64,000 nt of DNA from an uncultured Chitinophagaceae bacterium (GCA_963845495.1 CAWJTH010000202.1:3239-67238), one strand, 5' to 3'; shown: positions 39,101 through 47,790, numbered from the stretch's first letter. The notes: generated by a model not told the origin, from the letters alone. Made by a program: numbers and translations.

Positions 39101-39182
39101 GTGGCGAGGGAGTGCCCCTATTTGAGCTTTGATTAATTTTTTTGGGCTTTACCGTTGTTTTTTCAATTGTTTCCTTTGCCAT
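36141..39182 (-). CDS. uvrA: excinuclease ABC subunit A with three repeat-derived in-frame extensions or insertions
   Basis: 1013 aa. Motifs: GAREHNLKNI, two ABC modules (GVSGSGKSS twice, LSGGE twice), zinc modules CPVCKGLG, CPSCQG, CDVCEGGG, CEKCQG. The extra segments coincide with repeat DNA, listed separately. Confidence 0.95.
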   Translation of the reverse strand: MAKETIEKTTVKPKKINQSSNRGTPSPLVEREPEGEVIEVFGAREHNLKNIDISIPKNKLVVFTGVSGSGKSSLAFDTIYNEGQRRYMESFSAYARQFMGDMERPDVDKITGLSPVISIEQKTTNKNPRSTVGTITEIYDFMRLLYARGSDAISYNTGKKMVKWSEEEIVENIFSRFANGKLSILAPIIRGRKGHYRELFEDLRKKGYLKVRIDGEIKDLVPKMQVDRYKIHDIELVVDRLPATPDMKLRLSQSVQQALKLGKDIMQIQVEPTIDDGRKTTGGKSSVVNRPSSLLVQYSKALMCEDTGISYDEPSPNSFSFNSPYGACPVCKGLGTVYQIDMASVIPDPSVSINDGGIAPLGEKREAWIFKQVEALARKNKFNLSKPISELTEAQKNIIFYGKETPDENDLEMMGDLVSGEASVVSNSPDSSGPTHDSRFTTDEFEGVINMVKRWFNGSNSDAIRDWAEGFMSLQTCPSCQGARLKKESLYFMVDGKNIAELSHLNLDKLMRWFDGIEDRISKKQLLISKDVLKEIRERLQFLLDVGLNYLTIDRSSKTLSGGESQRIRLATQIGSQLQGITYILDEPSIGLHQRDNQRLIDALRHLRDIGNSVLVVEHDKDIMMASDFLVDIGPKAGRHGGNIVAMGTPAEVLATHSETAQYLNGEKKIEIPKERRKGNGKFLELQGATGNTLKNVSVKFPLGQLIVVTGVSGSGKSTLINETLYPILSRHSFLASKMVAMPYKRIKGLDFIDKVIEIDQSPIGRTPRSNPATYCGFFTEIRQLFASVPEAKIRGYLPGRFSFNVKGGRCDVCEGGGMRVIEMNFLPDVYVPCEKCQGKRYNRETLEIRYKGKSISDVLDMTVDDAVEFFQAIPWMYRKIKVLQDVGLGYITLGQSSVTLSGGEAQRVKLSTELGKKDTGKTFYILDEPTTGLHFQDIQHLLEVVNKLVDRGNSVLVIEHNMDVIKVADHIIDLGLEGGDGGGEILFEGTPEEMINNKVSHTARFLKMELEG
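37856..37932. repeat. word-repeat pair inside the uvrA coding sequence
   Basis: G/T arm cagtcgtgaatcgtgagtcgtgagttgg (37856-37883) and C/A arm gcttaccactgacgcctcaccacttacc (37905-37932) use the same tcacg/tcacc words as the intergenic hairpins. Complementarity is imperfect. They encode ...SGEASVVSNSPDSSGPTHDSRFTTDE just before the conserved FEGVI block. Confidence 0.65.
38312..38367. repeat. perfect 19-bp stem hairpin inside the uvrA coding sequence
   Basis: gacgattgacgacggacga (38312-38330) and tcgtccgtcgtcaatcgtc (38349-38367) are exact reverse complements with an 18-nt loop. The hairpin is translated in frame as IDDGRKTTGGKSSVVNRP. Confidence 0.85.
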
Positions 39183-39399
39183 ATTTGTTTCTTGCGGAAT
39201 ATCGAAAATACAAACAAGTAGTGGAAGGAAAGGTTTTATGCGAAAAAAATTAGTTTTTCTTGATTAAGATGGCATCATGTTATTTAAAATTCATTTATAG
39301 AGCGATTTAAAAAAGCAAACGGAAACCTTAAATGAAATAAATGAGCCTTTATAGGGGCACTCCCTCGCCACTTGTGGAGAGGGAGCCGGAGGGTGAGGT
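39073..39399. mobile_element. 327-bp nuclease-less member of the leuS-cassette repeat family, spanning the uvrA start
   Basis: acctcaccctccggctccctctccacaagtggcgagggagtgcccctat (39073-39121) and ataggggcactccctcgccacttgtggagagggagccggagggtgaggt (39351-39399) are perfect 49-bp reverse complements, about 85 percent similar by eye to the leuS cassette arms. The 229-bp AT-rich core contains the uvrA ATG at 39182. Confidence 0.8.
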
Positions 39400-39400
39400 T

Positions 39401-40159
39401 TTACTCCCTTTGTATCATTTCAAACAACTGCACTACGGCATCTTTCCGTTGTGGCGAAACGGGCAATTCATCGTTGTTGTCCATTACCACATAACCGCCT
39501 TCGCTGCGGCTATATTTTTTTAGGAACGCTGGATTGATTAAGTGCGATTGATGGATGCGTAAAAATCCCCGCTTGCTTAAAATTTTCTCCACTTCTTTCA
39601 AGGTGCGGCAAATAAGTAGGTTTTCTTTGGTGTTCAAGATAAAATGCGTGTAATTATCTTGGCTTTGGCAGCGGATAATATTTTGGATGGGAATAAATTG
39701 GTAACCATCGGTTGTGGGTAAAGCTACTTTTTGGGAAGTAGCGTTAGCCATTTGGTAAGCTTGGAAAAAATTATCAAACTGGTCTTTTTGCAAAACCTGT
39801 TGTTGTTTTTGCTCCCAAGTGCCGATAGCAGCTAACAATTCAGCGTCTTCAACAGGTTTTAAGCAATAGCTGATAGCGCTATATTTAAAAGCTTCCACCG
39901 CATATTGGTTGTATGCAGTTACAAACACAATATCAAAATGGAACGGGTACAATTTGGTCAACAGTTCAAAACCGCTGAGCCGAGGCATTTCAATATCCAA
40001 AAAAAGCAGGTTGAATTGCAGTTTGGGAATTTCGGCCAAAGCAATTTGGCTATCGTTAAAAACGGCCACCACTTCAATATCGCGGCGTAATTTTTTCAAT
40101 TGCAATTGCAGGGTTTCTGTGGCGAGTTTTTCATCATCCACCAATACAACTTTTATCAT
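39401..40159 (-). CDS. LytR/AlgR family response regulator (REC + LytTR)
   Basis: 252 aa. It has an N-terminal receiver (VLVDDE ... LLFLDIEMP) and a C-terminal LytTR DNA-binding domain (FLRIHQSHLIN). Confidence 0.9.
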   Translation of the reverse strand: MIKVVLVDDEKLATETLQLQLKKLRRDIEVVAVFNDSQIALAEIPKLQFNLLFLDIEMPRLSGFELLTKLYPFHFDIVFVTAYNQYAVEAFKYSAISYCLKPVEDAELLAAIGTWEQKQQQVLQKDQFDNFFQAYQMANATSQKVALPTTDGYQFIPIQNIIRCQSQDNYTHFILNTKENLLICRTLKEVEKILSKRGFLRIHQSHLINPAFLKKYSRSEGGYVVMDNNDELPVSPQRKDAVVQLFEMIQRE

Positions 40160-40176
40160 AAGTTAGTTATTTTTAA

Positions 40177-40292
40177 GGGTTAGTGGGTAGTGGTAAGTAG
40201 CCAGTAGGCTTACAAGTGAGTAGTGGTTAAACAATCTCGAGAGGGTAAATATTTCGGCCTGCTAGCCATTTTCTACTCCCCACTTGCCAGCC
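40177..40292. repeat. intergenic word hairpin between the kinase and the regulator
   Basis: The G/T arm gggttagtgggtagtggtaagtagccagtaggcttacaagtgagtagtgg opposes the C/A arm ctactccccacttgccagcc, which ends at the kinase stop codon. Complementarity is imperfect. Confidence 0.65.
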
Positions 40293-42347
40293 TCAGGTTT
40301 CCATCAAAATATTTACGGTGGTGCCGGTTGGGTTTCTGTCTAAATCTTCATTGTCTTTAATTGCTACGGAAAGTTTGCCGGCATTTACTTGGTTATAAAG
40401 ATCGATGCGTTCATCTGTTATTTTTATGCCGTAGCTTTCCATTTTATTCATTTTGTTTTCTTTATAAATAGCTGCTGCTTTTCTGCCAACACCGTTATCA
40501 ATAATCTGTATCAACACATGGCCGTTGATTTTCCTTATTTCGATGGCGCATTTTTTATCTGTGGTATCGCTATTGGCCAAGCCGTGCCAAATAGCATTTT
40601 CTACAAACGGTTGCAATAATAACGGCGGAATATGGATATTTTGTGGCACCACGTTTTCATCCACATGAATATGGTAATGAAAAGATTGGTCGAAACGCAA
40701 ACTTTCAATATCAAGATAAAGGTTTAAGGCATCTAATTCTTGTTGTAAGGTAATAGTTTCGTGGCTGGTATAATCAAGGATGAGACGCAACAACCGAGAA
40801 AATTTGTTGAGATAAAAAGCGGCGGTGTCGTTATCGTTTTTGAGGATAAAATATTTAATGCTGTTGAGGCTGTTGAACAAAAAATGGGGATTCATACGGC
40901 TGCGCAAGGCAAGCATTCTTGTTTCGCTAATTTGCCTTTCGTACGAAGAGCGGGTTTCTTGTAATTTTACTTCTTCCATTTCTTTTGCCTGTTGTTTCAT
41001 TTGTTTGGTTCGTTCCAATACTTTTTGCTCCAGCTTTTGGTTGTTTTCTATCATCAATTGTTCGTTCAATTTCATTTGTTCAATCAATTGTGCATTCGAT
41101 TTGTCTTTTTCTTCCCGCATTTCTTTTATACGTATGCCAAGTGCAAAAGCGAAAAAAAAGCACTCGCACAAAATGCCCATATCGTACCAGTTGGTATCGC
41201 TTAAACGTAAAATATATCCGGTAAAACCAACATCGCCCCTAATAATAGACATAATCGAAAATGCTAAAAAAAGTCCTGAACCGGCTATAAAATACGTTTT
41301 TATTGTACTTTTTATTTTTATGGCTACCGTTATAATGATTGTTAAACTAATAACTATTAATATATAGTGTAAAACAATGTTTAGCAAGCTTCTATATTTA
41401 AACGTTGGCCAATTGTAACTTACAAACCACTGTAGCAAACTATAAGCCCATAAACTATAAGCCAGCCATTTTAAAAACAGATATAAGCGCTTGTATTGGG
41501 TTTTCAACCCCAATAATGTGTTGGTGAAAATGAGGTAAGCACCTATTGCTGAAAGTACCAAAGGCTCGTCCAGCGTAAACACCAGCAATGGATTGCGTAG
41601 CGTAATAGAACCTACCAGCGTGTTTGATTCCAATTCAAAAAAACTGCATAATAATTGCAGCGCTAGGTAAAAAGCATAAATACCATACAATTGTTGTTTG
41701 CTTGTTGTGTACATGAACAAGAAAAACGACAACATTAAAAACATGGCACCTAAAAAAAAGATCATCAGGTATTCGTGTGTATCGGTAAGCGGCTCGTTGT
41801 CTTTATAAAATTTATAGTACGCCTCCGGCGAAAAAATGGCAGCTCGCATGTTTGGCTTCCCGCTTAAAAAACCTTGCATGTTTACCTGCACAAAAGCCTT
41901 GGTGTTTTTTTTTATGGCCAACGGCAAAAAGCCTTCACCGTCGTTACCAAAACGGTGGTTAATGGGAATATAGTTGCCGGTTTGTTGGATGGTTTTTTTG
42001 CCTGTTGCACTGTCGGTAATAATAAGTGTGGTGATGCCGTTTCCTTTGTTTCTAAAGTAAAAGGCGGTGTCTACACCGAAATCATTTTTTATTTCAAAAG
42101 AAATATGTCCAACTCCTTTATTGTCAAGTATTTCCCCATTTTTTAAATCTATTTTGTTGTGAAGTGTAGAAAAATTGACCATACTTTTTTGCCCTTGGCC
42201 AAAAGCACCAAAGAAAATGGTTAGAAAAAAGATAATATAACTTATCCTGTGTATGATGGCAGTCTGTTTTAAGGATTGGGCATAGTTAAGCTTTTGAAGA
42301 GATTTGGGTATAGTTGTTAGCCATGCAATCAATAAAAGCGGTTGCAT
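40293..42347 (-). CDS. sensor histidine kinase, LytS/YehU type, with 7TM-DISM-like N-terminal region
   Basis: 684 aa. It has a signal/TM, an extracellular region, seven predicted TM helices, a coiled-coil and the His_kinase block RSRMNPHFLFNSLNSI plus a GHKL ATPase C-terminus. Confidence 0.85.
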   Translation of the reverse strand: MQPLLLIAWLTTIPKSLQKLNYAQSLKQTAIIHRISYIIFFLTIFFGAFGQGQKSMVNFSTLHNKIDLKNGEILDNKGVGHISFEIKNDFGVDTAFYFRNKGNGITTLIITDSATGKKTIQQTGNYIPINHRFGNDGEGFLPLAIKKNTKAFVQVNMQGFLSGKPNMRAAIFSPEAYYKFYKDNEPLTDTHEYLMIFFLGAMFLMLSFFLFMYTTSKQQLYGIYAFYLALQLLCSFFELESNTLVGSITLRNPLLVFTLDEPLVLSAIGAYLIFTNTLLGLKTQYKRLYLFLKWLAYSLWAYSLLQWFVSYNWPTFKYRSLLNIVLHYILIVISLTIIITVAIKIKSTIKTYFIAGSGLFLAFSIMSIIRGDVGFTGYILRLSDTNWYDMGILCECFFFAFALGIRIKEMREEKDKSNAQLIEQMKLNEQLMIENNQKLEQKVLERTKQMKQQAKEMEEVKLQETRSSYERQISETRMLALRSRMNPHFLFNSLNSIKYFILKNDNDTAAFYLNKFSRLLRLILDYTSHETITLQQELDALNLYLDIESLRFDQSFHYHIHVDENVVPQNIHIPPLLLQPFVENAIWHGLANSDTTDKKCAIEIRKINGHVLIQIIDNGVGRKAAAIYKENKMNKMESYGIKITDERIDLYNQVNAGKLSVAIKDNEDLDRNPTGTTVNILMET

Positions 42348-42625
42348 TTGTTTGCTTGTTCTATAAAAATGAATTTAAGTCTAAGGTCATATAAACTTAA
42401 TTTTTTTATTTAATAATTACATTCCGAATGTAGCAAAGCCCCTAAATGATGGAGCAGTTCTAAATATTTGGTTAGCATGTTTACTTCTGTTGTTTGCATA
42501 TTGCTGTTTTAATAAAAATTTCTTGCCAGCGCAATGTTTTATTTCCGCCTAAATTCTTCGCCTGTTCCAATGTTAAGGTCATACAGCCAAAACATTGCAG
42601 TTACGTCTTATCTTTGAAGCCATTT

Positions 42626-43657
42626 ATGGAACAATTGCTGGAACAAATAAATGCGCTGCGTCAAGAGATTGCAAGCGCCAAAACCGAGGATAGCACTGCA
42701 TTGGAAACTTTCCGCATTAAATACCTTGGTACAAAAGGTTTGGTAAAAAGCTTGATGGGCGAAATGAAAAATGTGCCTGTTGAACAAAAAAAAGAATTCG
42801 GCCAGTTACTAAACGAGTTCAAACAATTTGCTGAAAACAAGTTTGAGGAACTAAGCCAATCCATTGCCGGCGGCACAGAAACGGCGACAGATAAAATTGA
42901 TTATACTTTGCCTGGAACGCCGTTGCCACTGGGCAGCCGGCACCCCATTAGCATTGTGCGCAACCAAATTGTTTCTATCTTCCGCCGGCTTGGTTTTGCC
43001 GTAGCCGAAGGGCCGGAAATTGAGGATGATTGGCACAACTTTGGCGCATTAAACTTGCCCGAAGACCACCCTGCCCGTGATATGCAGGATACATTTTATA
43101 TTAACAATGATCCCGCTTGGGTGTTGCGTACGCATACCAGCAGCGTGCAGGTGCGAGAAATGCAAAAAGGCAAATTGCCTATCCGCATGATTATGCCTGG
43201 CCGTGTGTACCGCAACGAAACCATCAGTGCAAGGGCGCATTGCTTTTTTCATCAAATTGAAGGTTTGTATATTGCCGAAAATGTAAGTTTTGCCGACTTG
43301 AAACAAACGCTTTACTTTTTTGTACAGGAATTGTTTGGCAACACTGTAAAAATCCGTTTTCGCCCCAGCTATTTTCCTTTTACCGAGCCTAGCGCCGAAA
43401 TGGACATCACCTGTCTAATTTGTGGCGGCACGGGCTGTAATGTGTGCAAACATACCGGCTGGGTTGAAATTTTGGGTTGTGGCATGGTACATCCAAATGT
43501 GTTGACGAATTGCGGCATCGACGCAAATAAATATACCGGGTTTGCCTTTGGCATGGGCATGGAACGCATTACCATGTTGAAATACCAGATAAAAGATTTG
43601 CGGCTTTTCTCGCAGAACGATGTGCGGTTTTTGAAGCAGTTTACAAATGCGGTATAA
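42626..43657 (+). CDS. pheS: phenylalanine--tRNA ligase alpha subunit
   Basis: ATG at 42626 (MEQLLEQINALRQEI). Class II motifs: HPARDMQDTFY, LRTHTS, FRPSYFPFTEPS, GFAFGMGMERI. Confidence 0.93.
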   Translation: MEQLLEQINALRQEIASAKTEDSTALETFRIKYLGTKGLVKSLMGEMKNVPVEQKKEFGQLLNEFKQFAENKFEELSQSIAGGTETATDKIDYTLPGTPLPLGSRHPISIVRNQIVSIFRRLGFAVAEGPEIEDDWHNFGALNLPEDHPARDMQDTFYINNDPAWVLRTHTSSVQVREMQKGKLPIRMIMPGRVYRNETISARAHCFFHQIEGLYIAENVSFADLKQTLYFFVQELFGNTVKIRFRPSYFPFTEPSAEMDITCLICGGTGCNVCKHTGWVEILGCGMVHPNVLTNCGIDANKYTGFAFGMGMERITMLKYQIKDLRLFSQNDVRFLKQFTNAV

Positions 43658-43711
43658 TTTGGTAATTAAGTAATTGGATAAAGAAATTTGTAAATTTGAT
43701 AAAACTTTTTT

Positions 43712-43948
43712 ATGCCCAATATTGAATTAAGAAATAAAATCCTGCACGAAGTTTCAACACTTCCAGAAGATGCATTGGTTAAGCTTGATGATTTTATCAA
43801 TGATTTAAATAAAAAAGGAAATGAGCAGGTAAATCCAATAATGCAGCTAGCTGGCATTTGGAATAATATGGACACAGAAAGTTTAGATTTTTTAACAACA
43901 CAATTATCGGAAAGGCGCAGTAACAACCGAAGAAATAACCATGAGTGA
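43712..43948 (+). CDS. antitoxin (DUF2281-like) of the VapC module
   Basis: 78 aa. Its stop overlaps the PIN toxin ATG by 8 nt. Confidence 0.6.
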   Translation: MPNIELRNKILHEVSTLPEDALVKLDDFINDLNKKGNEQVNPIMQLAGIWNNMDTESLDFLTTQLSERRSNNRRNNHE

Positions 43949-44363
43949 TTATCTTTTTGATACAGATATTATTTCTTACTTTTTGAAGGGTAATGAAATG
44001 GTTATCAAGAATATGGCTGCGTATTTAAAACGCTTTAATTCCAATTCACTTAAAATTAGTTTAATAACTTATTATGAGATTTTAAGTGGCTTGCGCCTTA
44101 AAAAGGCAAGTAGCCAATTATCAAAATTTATGGCAAATAAATCCATGTTCGAAATTTTGGTCCTCACAGAAAAAACAATCGACGCTTCTGCAAATTTTTA
44201 TGCCGAAACCAAACAACTTGGCAAATCGGTTGATGATATTGATTTGTTAATTGCCGGAGTTGCGAAAGCGAATGGTTTGATTTTAGTAACAAATAATGAA
44301 AAGCATTTTGGGCAAATACCATCTTTTGTTTCGCAAAACTGGTCAACTAATTTCTATTTTTAA
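43941..44363 (+). CDS. vapC: type II toxin VapC (PIN domain), intact
   Basis: 140 aa. YLFDTDIISYFLKG (first acidic residues), ITYYEIL, D.DLLIAGVA and LVTNNEKHF are the PIN-domain acidic quartet positions. Confidence 0.85.
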   Translation: MSDYLFDTDIISYFLKGNEMVIKNMAAYLKRFNSNSLKISLITYYEILSGLRLKKASSQLSKFMANKSMFEILVLTEKTIDASANFYAETKQLGKSVDDIDLLIAGVAKANGLILVTNNEKHFGQIPSFVSQNWSTNFYF

Positions 44364-44389
44364 GGCATGCCTATTCCCCATTTTCAACA

Positions 44390-45373
44390 ATGATCCTCAT
44401 TACCGGCGGTACCGGCTTACTTGGCCAACAACTAATTGCACATTTGCACCAAAAAGGCATTCAAGACATTGTTGCTCCATACCGAAGTTCAATTCCCATT
44501 GGTTTTGAACAAAAAGCCCGTTGGGTAAAAGGCGATATTTTGGATGTTATTTTTTTGGAAGAAATAATGCGAGGCATTACGGAAGTATATCATTGCGCTG
44601 GTTATGTTTCTTTTAGCCCAAAACATAAGGCAGAATTATATCAAGTAAATGTTGATGGAACCGCAAATGTAGTAAATGCTAGTTTGGATGCCGGCGTACG
44701 AAAACTGGTACATGTAAGCAGCGTAGCGGCATTGGGCCGCTACCACCAAGGCAAGGTTATTTCCGAAAAAATGGAATGGACCGAAAAATCGAATAATAGC
44801 GAATACGGCAAAACAAAATACTTGGGCGAGATGGAAGTGTGGCGTGGCATTGGCGAAGGGTTGGATGCGGTCATCGTAAACCCAACTATTATTATAAGCC
44901 AATATGGCGATTGGACAAAAGGCTCGATGGCCATTTTCAAAAATATTTACAATGGTTTTCCTTGGTATAGCACGGGCAGTGCAGGCTTTGTAAGTGCATT
45001 AGATGTTGCCGAAGCCATGTACCAATTAATGCAAAGCGATATTTCTGCGCAGCGTTTTATTGTAAACGCCGAAAACAAAACATTTAAAGATTTATTTTTT
45101 ATGATTGCCGATGCCTTTGGCAAAAAAAGACCATCAAAAGCCGTAACGCCTTTTTTAGCGGCCATTGTTTGGCGAGTAGAGAAAATAAAAAGTTTCTTCA
45201 CCAAAAAAGATCCGATGGTAACAAAAGAAACGGCGGATTCGGCTCTGTCAACCGTGCAATTTGACAATACGGCCTTGCTGAAAGCCTTGCCCAGCTTTAC
45301 TTACACGCCCATACAAAAAAGCGTGGAAGAAATTTGCAAGCAATTGAAAGCGAAAACCGTGAATAGTGAATAG
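44390..45373 (+). CDS. NAD-dependent epimerase/dehydratase family (extended SDR)
   Basis: 327 aa. It has the Rossmann motif ILITGGTGLLG and a YGKTK catalytic YxxxK. Confidence 0.85.
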   Translation: MILITGGTGLLGQQLIAHLHQKGIQDIVAPYRSSIPIGFEQKARWVKGDILDVIFLEEIMRGITEVYHCAGYVSFSPKHKAELYQVNVDGTANVVNASLDAGVRKLVHVSSVAALGRYHQGKVISEKMEWTEKSNNSEYGKTKYLGEMEVWRGIGEGLDAVIVNPTIIISQYGDWTKGSMAIFKNIYNGFPWYSTGSAGFVSALDVAEAMYQLMQSDISAQRFIVNAENKTFKDLFFMIADAFGKKRPSKAVTPFLAAIVWRVEKIKSFFTKKDPMVTKETADSALSTVQFDNTALLKALPSFTYTPIQKSVEEICKQLKAKTVNSE

Positions 45374-45506
45374 TGAGTGGTGAATAAGTTTCAGATAGTA
45401 ATTATTTCCTGATAATTACAAGAATTAAAAACAAAAAAATTAATCAGTTACAGGGAAAGCTCAAATTTAGTGAGCCAACTCACGACTGACCACTCACGAT
45501 TCACGC
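45359..45506. repeat. word hairpin between convergent genes, with arms overlapping both gene ends
   Basis: gtgaatagtgaatagtgagtggtgaata (45359-45386) supplies the last codons (VNSE, stop) of the SDR gene. ctcacgactgaccactcacgattcacgc (45479-45506) overlaps the stop and last codon of lpxD-2. Confidence 0.75.
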
Positions 45507-46448
45507 TTCCATTACCTTTTTCCAAAGCTCCGGAATGCGTTTTATCCAAACCAATTCTTTGCGTTTTATGCCAGCTTCTTCGGCCGGAAAGCCCATATAA
45601 ACCTTGCCGCCTTCGATGCTTTTGGTTACTGCGGTTTGGCCCATAATTACAGCATTGTCGCCAATGCTCAATGTTTTATTTACACCAACTTGTCCCCAAA
45701 TAGTTACACCGTCGCCCACGGTTGTGGCACCTGCAATGCCCACTTGCGAAGCAATAATGCAGTTGCGGCCAATCACCACATCGTGGCCCAACTGGATTAA
45801 ATTATCCAGCTTCGTTCCCTGCATAATCCTGGTGTCGTTTGTTACGCCTTTGTCGATGCAACAATTGGCACCAATTTCCACATCGTCTTCAATTACCACG
45901 CGGCCGCAACTGGCCATTTTTTTATACCAATTCTCCCGGTTTTTTTTGGTGTTGTAATAAAAAGCATCGGCCCCAATTACAGTACCAGCATGTATTGTAA
46001 CGTTATTGCCAATTACACAATCGCTGTAAATGGTAACGTTTGGATGAATGACACAACCATTGCCAATCACTACATTTTCGCCAATAAATGCATTGGGCGC
46101 AATATGTGTTCCATGGCCGATAATGGCTGTTTCTGCCAGCATTTTTGTAGCTGGTTTTAACGGTCTAAAATGTTGCACAATTTTTAAATAACCTTCAAAC
46201 GGTTGTTCCATGAAAAGCAAGGTTTTGCCTGGCGGAACGGTAACATCTTTTGAATTAATAATGATGAATTTGGCAGGGCTGTTCAAGCAAGTTCCATAAT
46301 ATTTTGGGTGATCCACAAATACCATATCATTATGCTGCACTTTATGTATTTCGTTGATGCCCGGAACCGGTGCATTGGCATCACCAATTATTTCTGCCCC
46401 AATTAATTGCGCAATCGTGCTGGCTGTTGTGCCTTCAGGAAAAATCAT
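45501..46448 (-). CDS. lpxD: UDP-3-O-acylglucosamine N-acyltransferase, second paralog
   Basis: 315 aa. It has the LpxD-type N-terminal domain followed by hexapeptide repeats, and is shorter than the copy at 21425. Confidence 0.8.
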   Translation of the reverse strand: MIFPEGTTASTIAQLIGAEIIGDANAPVPGINEIHKVQHNDMVFVDHPKYYGTCLNSPAKFIIINSKDVTVPPGKTLLFMEQPFEGYLKIVQHFRPLKPATKMLAETAIIGHGTHIAPNAFIGENVVIGNGCVIHPNVTIYSDCVIGNNVTIHAGTVIGADAFYYNTKKNRENWYKKMASCGRVVIEDDVEIGANCCIDKGVTNDTRIMQGTKLDNLIQLGHDVVIGRNCIIASQVGIAGATTVGDGVTIWGQVGVNKTLSIGDNAVIMGQTAVTKSIEGGKVYMGFPAEEAGIKRKELVWIKRIPELWKKVMEA

Positions 46449-46550
46449 CTGTTCAATTTTTTACAAATGTAGCGCAAGCGGCAATTTGGCCATTAAGTCA
46501 TTTGGTCATCAAAGCATTGAAAATTTATTCAATAGGCCAATTGGATTGTT

Positions 46551-46677
46551 TTATTTCTCGTCCTTTTATTTCTTGTCCTTGTTTTCTTGCCCTTCTGGTT
46601 CTTGTTTTCTTGCCTCCTTGCCTCCTTGTTTCTTGTCTCCTTGTTTTCTTGCCTTCTTGTAGCCTCGTCCTCTTGTC
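46551..46677. repeat. about 125-nt strand-asymmetric C/T/G tract, almost free of A on the plus strand
   Basis: It is built from cttg(t/c) words. The 16-mer t(c/t)cttgttttcttgcc occurs three times. Track ORFs 46354-46772 are translations of this tract. Confidence 0.8.
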
Positions 46678-46725
46678 TCTTTATTCCTATATTTTCAATA
46701 TTTATTGAAAATATAGGAATAAAGA
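46678..46725. repeat. perfect 23-bp inverted repeat with a 2-nt spacer
   Basis: tctttattcctatattttcaata tt tattgaaaatataggaataaaga, 30 nt upstream of the ATG at 46756. Confidence 0.9.
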
Positions 46726-46755
46726 CTTTATCTTGCAGCCTTAAATCAATCGATC

Positions 46756-47514
46756 ATGAACCGCCATTTTGATAAAGCATTATTGTACGACGATAATTGT
46801 CCGCTTTGCGTAGCATATACCAGTGCCTTCGTAAAAACAGGAATGTTGGACGCCGATAAAAGGATTTCATTTTCACAAATAAATACTGCCGATTATGCCA
46901 TTGATTATAATAAAGCAAGGCACGAAATACCGCTGGTTGATTTTAAAAATGGCGAGATAAAATATGGTGTTGATGCCTTGGCAGAAATTTTAAACCAGCG
47001 GTTTTGTTTTGTAAAACCGATACTAAAAATCGGTTTCATTAATTTGTTTTTTAGAAAATTATATCGCGTCATTTCTTACAACCGAAAAATAATTGTGGCA
47101 AAACCAAGTACCCCAAAAACATGCTTCGATTGTTCGCCGGATTATAGTGTTCGGCACCGTTTTTATCTTGCTCTTTTCACTTGGCTATCTACCAATTTTT
47201 TACTGGCAAATGCAGTGGCAGAAAGCTTACAAAAAGTATCAGCAGGGTTTAAGCCGTGGTGGTTTTTTTGCTGGATGTTGGTTGCTATTTCAATGATGAT
47301 AAACAAAACAAAAAAACAAGCATTGGATATTGCTGTGCATACAGGTATAATTATGATGGTTGCAACAATTATTTATGCGTTGTTATTGCAATTTTTTTCA
47401 ATTGTTATTCACATTTCACTTAATTTTTTATTTAGTGATTTTATTACCTTCTTTGCTTTGGATGATGTGGCAAACAAAGCGCCGCATTACTTTTCACCGC
47501 CAACAACATGCTAG
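46756..47514 (+). CDS. thiol-disulfide oxidoreductase DCC family (DUF393) with a membrane C-terminal half
   Basis: 252 aa. The N-terminal LYDDNCPLC motif is the DCC-family CxxC. The C-terminal half is hydrophobic. Confidence 0.7.
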   Translation: MNRHFDKALLYDDNCPLCVAYTSAFVKTGMLDADKRISFSQINTADYAIDYNKARHEIPLVDFKNGEIKYGVDALAEILNQRFCFVKPILKIGFINLFFRKLYRVISYNRKIIVAKPSTPKTCFDCSPDYSVRHRFYLALFTWLSTNFLLANAVAESLQKVSAGFKPWWFFCWMLVAISMMINKTKKQALDIAVHTGIIMMVATIIYALLLQFFSIVIHISLNFLFSDFITFFALDDVANKAPHYFSPPTTC

Positions 47515-47761
47515 CTGAAACGTAGTATTGGCAATGGTTTCAGGTATTCGAAGCTGTATGAGGGGCATAGTTTTAGCATTCGTTTTTCCGCAAAATATTA
47601 TCCGTTTTTTTGTAAATAAAAAAGCACTATTTGAGAAACACACAATTAAATTGAAAAAATGTGAATAAAATAATTGCATGATTTTTTTTTAATCGAATAA
47701 ATGTTTTTTAATATTGTGGAGGGAAATTTATTCCCAGGTACTTACTAACCCATTTATATAA

Positions 47762-47790
47762 ATATCCCCCCGCAAAAAACGGGGGGATAT
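47762..47790. terminator. orphan GC-rich stem-loop
   Basis: atatccccccg caaaaaa cggggggatat is an 11-bp perfect stem. It lies 248 nt past the nearest upstream stop and 170 nt before the next start. Confidence 0.6.

Noticed and set aside
39073-39399. Simple precise excision of the uvrA 5' element restoring an ancestral start codon
   Set aside because: Joining the flanks (…gagtaaa + gatcgaagtt…) yields no in-frame ATG/GTG/TTG upstream of IEVFGAREH. The eye-defined arm boundaries are therefore not a clean insertion footprint, and no target-site duplication is visible at either this or the leuS copy.
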